Assembly (NCBI GenBank): GCA_016176295.1
Contig: JACOXN010000008.1
Span: 4,638-68,637 of the forward strand
DNA from: Candidatus Giovannonibacteria bacterium
GTDB taxonomy: Bacteria; Patescibacteriota; Minisyncoccia; UBA11713; 2-01-FULL-45-33
Length of the DNA: 64,000 bases
Direction: 5' to 3'
Shown here: one piece after another, positions 59,213 through 64,000 of the stretch
Layout: each line of letters opens with the position of its first letter
Numbering within the stretch: position 1 is the stretch's first letter
Program-made: the position numbers and the translations under genes
The notes under the pieces: generated by a model
The model's input: the letters and a program-made list of their open reading frames with translations, nothing else
What the model was told of the DNA's origin: nothing
Database searches by the model: none

Positions 59213-60553
59213 TTAAACTTGCGGCGTGTTTTCTGTGAGCGGCTGATGGCGCTCTTTTTCTTCGAGACAAATCCCGCAGAGCGGGATTTTGGCCAACCTT
59301 TTCAACAAACGGACATAAGGTTTTTCACTCCATCCGGTCGATTCCGATTCTATCCGGCGGCATTTCAGACATTGGGTATGAAATGAAAGCCGCAGACGCT
59401 CTTCCTCCAACTCACCAAAATCCAAATAAGGGTTCAGAATGTATTTTAAGAGAGCCATAATTGTCGGCGTTCCCAAAGCCATCTGAAGAAAGTATCCGGC
59501 GCGCTCATCCGTATCCAAACTCCAGGTCTCGGTTTCCGGATCTTCCGGATCCCAAATAGGAAGCTCGTCGAATTTTTTCGAACGCGGAAATGGATGCAAG
59601 ACCAGCTTCACGCCGTATTTTTCAGCGATACTTTTTGTGATCTTAAAATATTCATGCGACAGGACTAGGGCTTTTAATTTCGCCCATGCTTTCATCAGAC
59701 TTCCGTAGTATTCATACTGCGGCCGCGTGTCATAATAAATGTCAGCGGGCTGAAGTTCGCAGTGTTCCGTAAAAAAGATACCTTTGTTTCTGAACTCTTT
59801 CAGTAAATGCCTGGGCATTTCCAAGCCTTTAGGGGAAATGAAGATCAGTTTCATCCCGAAATGTTTCCCCAACAGCCATGCCAGCGAATGCACAGTCCGG
59901 GAAAAACGGTTGTCGTTGATAAAAGCTATTGTGAGCCCCCGGAGCTTGGTCCAGTCTTTTGCGAGGTCCCAGCCGAAAGCCAGCAAAATAGCAAAAAGGT
60001 CTTTCAACGCCTGTATCGGGTGCTCCCCGGTTCCGTCTCCGGCGTTAACCACAGGGACGTATCTCTCGAATCCAAGAATCTTTCCCACCGATTTCCGAAT
60101 TATCCTTTCCGCTCGGGCAACCATTCCCTCTTCGCCGGTGCGCAGCACCAGCGCGTCATACGAGGTCGCGAAAGCGCGTATCTCATCCTCGAAATAAGCG
60201 TCTTTAGCTTCGGAAGAAAAAAGTAATACCCATTTTCCCCGCACCTTTACGAAAATACCACTGATGCCGCCCCACAGCCGGCGCCAGAATCCTTGGTGCG
60301 CTTTGATGCCACGCTCATTGCCGACAGCTGCGCCCAGCCTGTAAGCCGCGCCCAAAAAGCTGTGAAATGTCCGCGAAGAAGGCTGCCAGAACAAAAGACC
60401 GATCGTGTAACCTTTAAGAACGTAAGTGAGAAGTTCCCGGCCTTCGCGGGTTTTCATGAGATCTGTTATCTTCAGCATGTCGTGATAAAGTTTTATCAAT
60501 GCCCCCAAATCGAATTGTTTGATGGACAAAACGCTCGGACGTCTAGCTTCCAT
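59213..60553 (-). CDS. aspartate/ornithine carbamoyltransferase-family protein, divergent, with insertions and a C-terminal Cys4 tail
   Basis: ATG at 60553 follows AAGGAG. It has QPSSRTFHSF (compare STRTR), GEHPIQALKDL (HPxQ), NDNRFSRTVHSL and HPFPR (HPLPR). The C-terminal tail is CLKC...CGIC. About 446 aa, against roughly 310 typical. Confidence 0.6.
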   Translation of the reverse strand: MEARRPSVLSIKQFDLGALIKLYHDMLKITDLMKTREGRELLTYVLKGYTIGLLFWQPSSRTFHSFLGAAYRLGAAVGNERGIKAHQGFWRRLWGGISGIFVKVRGKWVLLFSSEAKDAYFEDEIRAFATSYDALVLRTGEEGMVARAERIIRKSVGKILGFERYVPVVNAGDGTGEHPIQALKDLFAILLAFGWDLAKDWTKLRGLTIAFINDNRFSRTVHSLAWLLGKHFGMKLIFISPKGLEMPRHLLKEFRNKGIFFTEHCELQPADIYYDTRPQYEYYGSLMKAWAKLKALVLSHEYFKITKSIAEKYGVKLVLHPFPRSKKFDELPIWDPEDPETETWSLDTDERAGYFLQMALGTPTIMALLKYILNPYLDFGELEEERLRLSFHTQCLKCRRIESESTGWSEKPYVRLLKRLAKIPLCGICLEEKERHQPLTENTPQV

Positions 60554-60682
60554 AAGATACTCCTTTGAATAAGATAACAAGGTTCGTGATTTTTCCTGTT
60601 AAATTCAACCAAATTTAAAGCAAAAAGTCAATTCGTTCGTCCGTTTATAGTAATTTCATGGCTTGCCATTTATACTGGGAAT

Positions 60683-61591
60683 ATGAGAAAAAACACAGGA
60701 ATAACGAATCTATCTTTGCTTGTTATTTTATTCGCCGTCGTTCTTGGCGGCACTGCGCTTTTTTATGCAAAAGAACGGCTTAACCGCCCCCCCGAACAAA
60801 TAGCCTGCACTATGGAAGCCAAACTTTGCTCCGACGGAAGCTATGTGGGACGAGTACCGCCAAAATGCGAATTTGCAAAATGTCCCGGAGGCGAGCCCTC
60901 ACCCACACCCTCATCCCCATCACCCTCACCCATTCCTTCGCCAACCGGAGGCCAACAAATACGTCTGCGCGAAGGCGAGCGCGAAGGGTCTTTGCTTGTG
61001 CAGAAAATTTATCCGGACTACATTACAGGACTTAACTTCATCGAATACCCCGTGGCGCGCGGAGATGGATTGCCAATTACACTTCGAATCGGGGAAACCG
61101 CCAGCAACGGATGCACCATCATGCTGACTCTTACCGGCATAAAAAATGGCATCGCCGAATTTAAGGAAAAAGTTGATAATAGCAGGCCTTGCCCCATCTG
61201 CCTCGCTTCGAATACTCTGATATCGACACCCAACGGAGAAATTAACGTAAAAGATATCAAAGCCGGCATGAAAATCTGGTCGCAGGATAAGAACGGTAAA
61301 AAGATAGAAAGCGCCGTATTGAAAGTTTCGCAACAAAAATCGCCCGCAACGCACAGGGTAGTTCATTTGGTTTTGAAAGATGCCCGCGAACTCTGGGTTT
61401 CTCCCAACCATCCGGCGGCGAATGGGCGAAGTGCGGGAAGTCTACGAGCCGGAGATATTTACGACGATTCACTCGTCATTTCGACCGAGCTCGTCCCCTA
61501 TTGGGATTCATATACTTATGACCTCCTGCCAGATTCGGACACCGGAAACTATTGGGCGAACGGGATTTTGATGGGCAGTACGCTGAAGTAA
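60683..61591 (+). CDS. secreted/anchored protein with C-terminal Hint (bacterial intein-like) autoprocessing domain
   Basis: 302 aa with an N-terminal TM and a Pro/Ser linker. The Hint block A is CLASNTLISTPNGEINVKDIKAGMKIWS. The end is YWANGILMGSTLK, with no C-extein. Confidence 0.65.
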   Translation: MRKNTGITNLSLLVILFAVVLGGTALFYAKERLNRPPEQIACTMEAKLCSDGSYVGRVPPKCEFAKCPGGEPSPTPSSPSPSPIPSPTGGQQIRLREGEREGSLLVQKIYPDYITGLNFIEYPVARGDGLPITLRIGETASNGCTIMLTLTGIKNGIAEFKEKVDNSRPCPICLASNTLISTPNGEINVKDIKAGMKIWSQDKNGKKIESAVLKVSQQKSPATHRVVHLVLKDARELWVSPNHPAANGRSAGSLRAGDIYDDSLVISTELVPYWDSYTYDLLPDSDTGNYWANGILMGSTLK

Positions 61592-61699
61592 GAACAAATC
61601 TCTCGGATGAAAATTCCAGGTGGGGGCGGCCATCCCGCAATACAATCCCGACTTTGTGCGGGATGGGGCTAAAGAATTTTCAGACGAGAAATTTGTTCG
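61592..61699. other. about 108-nt rod-like imperfect hairpin (unclassified structured element)
   Basis: The outer stem is 61592-61605 / 61685-61699 (one bulged nucleotide and one mismatch). The middle 9-bp stem is TGAAAATTC / GAATTTTCA. The inner 10-bp stem is CCATCCCGCA / TGCGGGATGG (61630-61666). Confidence 0.6.
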
Positions 61700-61767
61700 A
61701 TTAAGAAGAACTAATCCGTTCAGAGACGGGATTAGTTTTCCATAAAAAAACCGCTGCAGAGCAACGG

Positions 61768-62106
61768 TCACACGTTTTCGTATTTTTTTTGGAGGAACCC
61801 GAAGATGAACGAAGCGAATGCGCTTTCGGTCTGCGCATTTTTTATCTCGGTTTTAACCAAACCCCCCTCGAAGATCAAAAAACTTGGCACCGATCCGATA
61901 TTAAAGCGCCGCATCAGAGCAGGGTTTGCAATAACGTCCACCTGGACGAAACCGATGTCATCCTTATGCTTTGTGGCTGCTCTTTCCACAACCGGTGCCA
62001 TTAGCGCGCATGGTCGGCACGTTGCTGAAAAATAAACCACCACAGGTTTAGCTGAATTTATGACAGTTTCTTCAAAACTGCCCATATCAACAGTTTTTAC
62101 TTTCAC
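61768..62106 (-). CDS. trxA: thioredoxin
   Basis: GTG at 62106 lies 7 nt after AAGGAG and gives MKVKTVDMGSFEETVINSAKPVVVYFSATCRPCALMAPV. The active site is CRPC. The track ORF extends to a TTG at 62160. Confidence 0.85.
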   Translation of the reverse strand: MKVKTVDMGSFEETVINSAKPVVVYFSATCRPCALMAPVVERAATKHKDDIGFVQVDVIANPALMRRFNIGSVPSFLIFEGGLVKTEIKNAQTESAFASFIFGFLQKKYENV

Positions 62107-62166
62107 TATGTTTCTCCTTTCCTCTCGTAGGTTTATAACAACATTTTGGAGGGATGTCAATATTTT

Positions 62167-62466
62167 TTAGTTTTTGCATTCGCAGGCGTCCGAGACGATT
62201 TTTTGGCCTTCCCCAAAAGTATATTTGGCCAGATTGCTCTGGTAGCCGCAATTTTCGCAGGAAACATAGTAGTTCCAGAGGCATTGCCGCTTATGCAGAC
62301 CCTCGCTTAATATTTTCCCCGCGAATGGGGCACAACCCCAAAGGCACAAAAAACCATCGATGGTCTCCCCAACGATGTTCTCATTGTTGCTTATGCGTTT
62401 TTTTAAAACCTGAGTAGCCTCTGCGACCGAAAGTAATCTGCCCTGGTTTTTTCCATCCGCTGTCAT
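62167..62466 (-). CDS. hypothetical Cys-rich protein (99 aa)
   Basis: 8 Cys, including CENCGY and CECKN. No recognised family. Confidence 0.45.
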   Translation of the reverse strand: MTADGKNQGRLLSVAEATQVLKKRISNNENIVGETIDGFLCLWGCAPFAGKILSEGLHKRQCLWNYYVSCENCGYQSNLAKYTFGEGQKIVSDACECKN

Positions 62467-62529
62467 TTTTAATGATATCAGAAAAAACCGGAAGCAAATA
62501 ATCGCCTGTGGAAAAGTAATTCCGGTAAA

Positions 62530-63186
62530 TTAAGGAGTGAGATTTATGCGGCCGCGTGAATCAATGATTGGCCCGCCTCTCCTTATTATGCGGGGCTTGG
62601 TCGGGCTGGCGGGGCTTTCTTTAGGAAGCCTCGACCGGTAAACCATGGCGGACATACGCCCTAAATATCTCATTTTTTCTGCGTATTCTTCAGGCTCTTC
62701 GTTGGGATCGGGGATTTCATTAAAATCCACCAAAACATCCGCCTTGGTTCTTTCTCCGTTAACTTTCCCGCGCTCAATAGTCCCGTCATACGTAATGTAA
62801 ACCGGGTGTTGCATCCCCTCGCCCGAAATTTCTATAAAAAGATCTATCCCTTGTTCAACATCTGCAATTGAACCCACAGTAGTGAAAGCCGAGACTTTTT
62901 TATCTTTTTCTTTGAATCCGGCTTCTTCTTTCACATATTTAAGCAGGTCGCTCAAAAATTTCTTTTTGGGATTCTCCGAATCAAAGGGCTGATGTTTTTT
63001 TATCAGATCAATGGAGCAGCGTTTTCTCTCTTCGCTGCCTTCAGTGAAAGCCGTGCACGTCTTTAATCCTTTCACGTATTCCAGATTTTTTATGTCAACC
63101 TGGCCGAAAGGAAAAACCTCGCTTATTTTGCCGGACGCTTCGGGATGATGCATCCCCCATTTGTTTTCCAAATTCATTCTTTCCAT
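62530..63186 (-). CDS. hypothetical protein
   Basis: Start chosen at MERMNLENKWGMHHPE (track start is 63204). No recognised motif. Confidence 0.5.
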   Translation of the reverse strand: MERMNLENKWGMHHPEASGKISEVFPFGQVDIKNLEYVKGLKTCTAFTEGSEERKRCSIDLIKKHQPFDSENPKKKFLSDLLKYVKEEAGFKEKDKKVSAFTTVGSIADVEQGIDLFIEISGEGMQHPVYITYDGTIERGKVNGERTKADVLVDFNEIPDPNEEPEEYAEKMRYLGRMSAMVYRSRLPKESPASPTKPRIIRRGGPIIDSRGRINLTP

Positions 63187-63264
63187 GAAATAAATATAGC
63201 ACACATTAAAAACACTTTCCGTCGCCTTGCTTTTTTCTACCTCGTATTGTATGATGAGAGTAAC

Positions 63265-63483
63265 ATGAAGCGCAAAGATCCGGTACTCGAATTGAATATG
63301 ACTTACACCACACTAGTGGTTTTTTTGGAGGCATATAACAAGAGTATTCCTGTTGGCTTCCCGGCAGCCTCGGTCAAAACTCTTAAAGCATTTCAAACCA
63401 TATACCCTTCCCTCTTTAAACACGGTGATTCATGGTCCATCGAAAGACACCGGAAGAAAGTGATGGACTGGCTCTGCCAATAA
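63265..63483 (+). CDS. hypothetical small protein (72 aa)
   Basis: ATG at 63265 gives MKRKDPVLELNMTYTTLVVFLEAYNKSIPVGF... It is followed by a hairpin at 63505-63529. Confidence 0.4.
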   Translation: MKRKDPVLELNMTYTTLVVFLEAYNKSIPVGFPAASVKTLKAFQTIYPSLFKHGDSWSIERHRKKVMDWLCQ

Positions 63484-63504
63484 ATACTTTATCTTAAATA
63501 AAAA

Positions 63505-63529
63505 AACCGGTCGTCTTAGGCGGCCGGTT
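63505..63529. terminator. bidirectional terminator hairpin between convergent genes
   Basis: AACCGGTCG-TCTTAGG-CGGCCGGTT (one G:U pair), flanked by A7 upstream and TTT downstream. Confidence 0.55.
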
Positions 63530-63820
63530 TTAAGTTCTTTTGATCGGAACTCTTCTTGAGTAAGTGTAATTGCATCCGTCGGGCGGGTCGCAGTTTTCGC
63601 AATAAGGAACTCTTTCGGGTCCGATGCCGAATCCGTCGCTCCCCGGGTCCAGAGAGCCGTTTTTGTTCTGGTAGAACAAATTTGCGTAGCCAACCCTGAC
63701 ACTGCCTCCGCATTTAATGTGGGCCAAATGACCGTCGCTTTTTTTGCATTCCCTGGAGATGAAATCATTCGCCATCTTCCGGAACCCGGCCAGCGTTACC
63801 GCTTTATCAGGCATTTTCAT
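63530..63820 (-). CDS. hypothetical Cys-containing protein (96 aa)
   Basis: MKMPDKAVTLAGFRKMANDFISRECKKSDGHLAHIKCGG...YCENCDPPDGCNY. No recognised family. Confidence 0.45.
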   Translation of the reverse strand: MKMPDKAVTLAGFRKMANDFISRECKKSDGHLAHIKCGGSVRVGYANLFYQNKNGSLDPGSDGFGIGPERVPYCENCDPPDGCNYTYSRRVPIKRT

Positions 63821-63869
63821 ATTTTTCTCCTTTCAAATCTACCACTAGATGAACATAATCAGTCCGTTT

Positions 63870-64000
63870 TTACAAGCGATTGCAGTTCATCTCGTGCAAA
63901 AATATAGTCCCAAAAGCATTGGGTGCTAAGTACCCAACAGCCTCAAGCCGTTTTTTTATTGGGCCGTTCACCTTTGAAGTAAATAGACCAAAGTATCGTA
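63870..64000 (-). CDS. possible 3' end of a gene entering from the right edge
   Basis: An open minus-strand frame from the window edge to TAA (complement of 63870-63872) reads ..RYFGLFTSKVNGPIKKRLEAVGYLAPNAFGTIFLHEMNCNRL*. It is too short to classify. Confidence 0.3.
   Translation of the reverse strand, partial: RYFGLFTSKVNGPIKKRLEAVGYLAPNAFGTIFLHEMNCNRL

Noticed and set aside
61592-61699. Rod-like hairpin considered as 4.5S/SRP RNA or 6S RNA
   Set aside because: It lacks the conserved SRP domain IV strings (GGAA tetraloop with AGCA/GGAAGCAG-type flanks). At about 108 nt it has no central bubble typical of 6S. It is left unclassified.

Overview
The window looks like a small-genome, CPR/Patescibacteria-like bacterium. 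This is inferred from gene content (short Mfd and IF-2, tandem TrbC/VirB2-like pilin genes, DUF5671/DUF2298-type membrane proteins, sparse biosynthesis); no search was run. Most of it is densely packed housekeeping: hisS (partial), lepB, pth, mfd, rpsA, gyrA, infB, rbfA, dut, trx, htrA, PBP1A, glgP, purF and 8 tRNAs. Two regions stand out.

(1) 30.2-38.3 kb is an 8.0-kb island bounded by a perfect 46-bp direct repeat that duplicates the 3' end of a small HTH gene, next to tRNA-Ser and tRNA-Lys.
- It carries a CglI/NgoAVII-type C5-methyltransferase / PLD-B3 nuclease / Z1-ATPase / Vsr operon.
- It also carries a second stand-alone Z1 ATPase paralog.
- It contains a textbook SAM-I (S-box) riboswitch with a terminator platform, driving an unrecognisable 139-aa ORF. 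This riboswitch-controlled gene inside a restriction-modification island is my best candidate for something undescribed.

(2) 10.2-14.9 kb holds a membrane-anchored orphan solute-binding protein translationally coupled to seven tandem TrbC/VirB2-like pilin paralogs.
- The first paralog is fused to a LAS/M15-like peptidase domain.
- The last is fused to a (GGTAGT)6-encoded Gly-Ser spacer and a Cys-rich tail.

Other observations:
- a frameshifted copA in a Cu/redox cluster
- a back-to-back C4/G4 palindrome inside mfd
- a 112-bp element with perfect 25-bp inverted termini over the pth start
- 36-bp direct repeats bracketing a PaaX-like regulator
- two HTH+LAGLIDADG-like paralogs next to tRNA genes, one bracketed by an inverted copy of the tRNA-Arg 3' end
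- a divergent ATCase-like protein with a zinc-ribbon tail
- a secreted Hint-domain protein
- several structured intergenic hairpins

All family calls come from motifs read by eye and from memory. No HMM, BLAST or covariance searches were possible.
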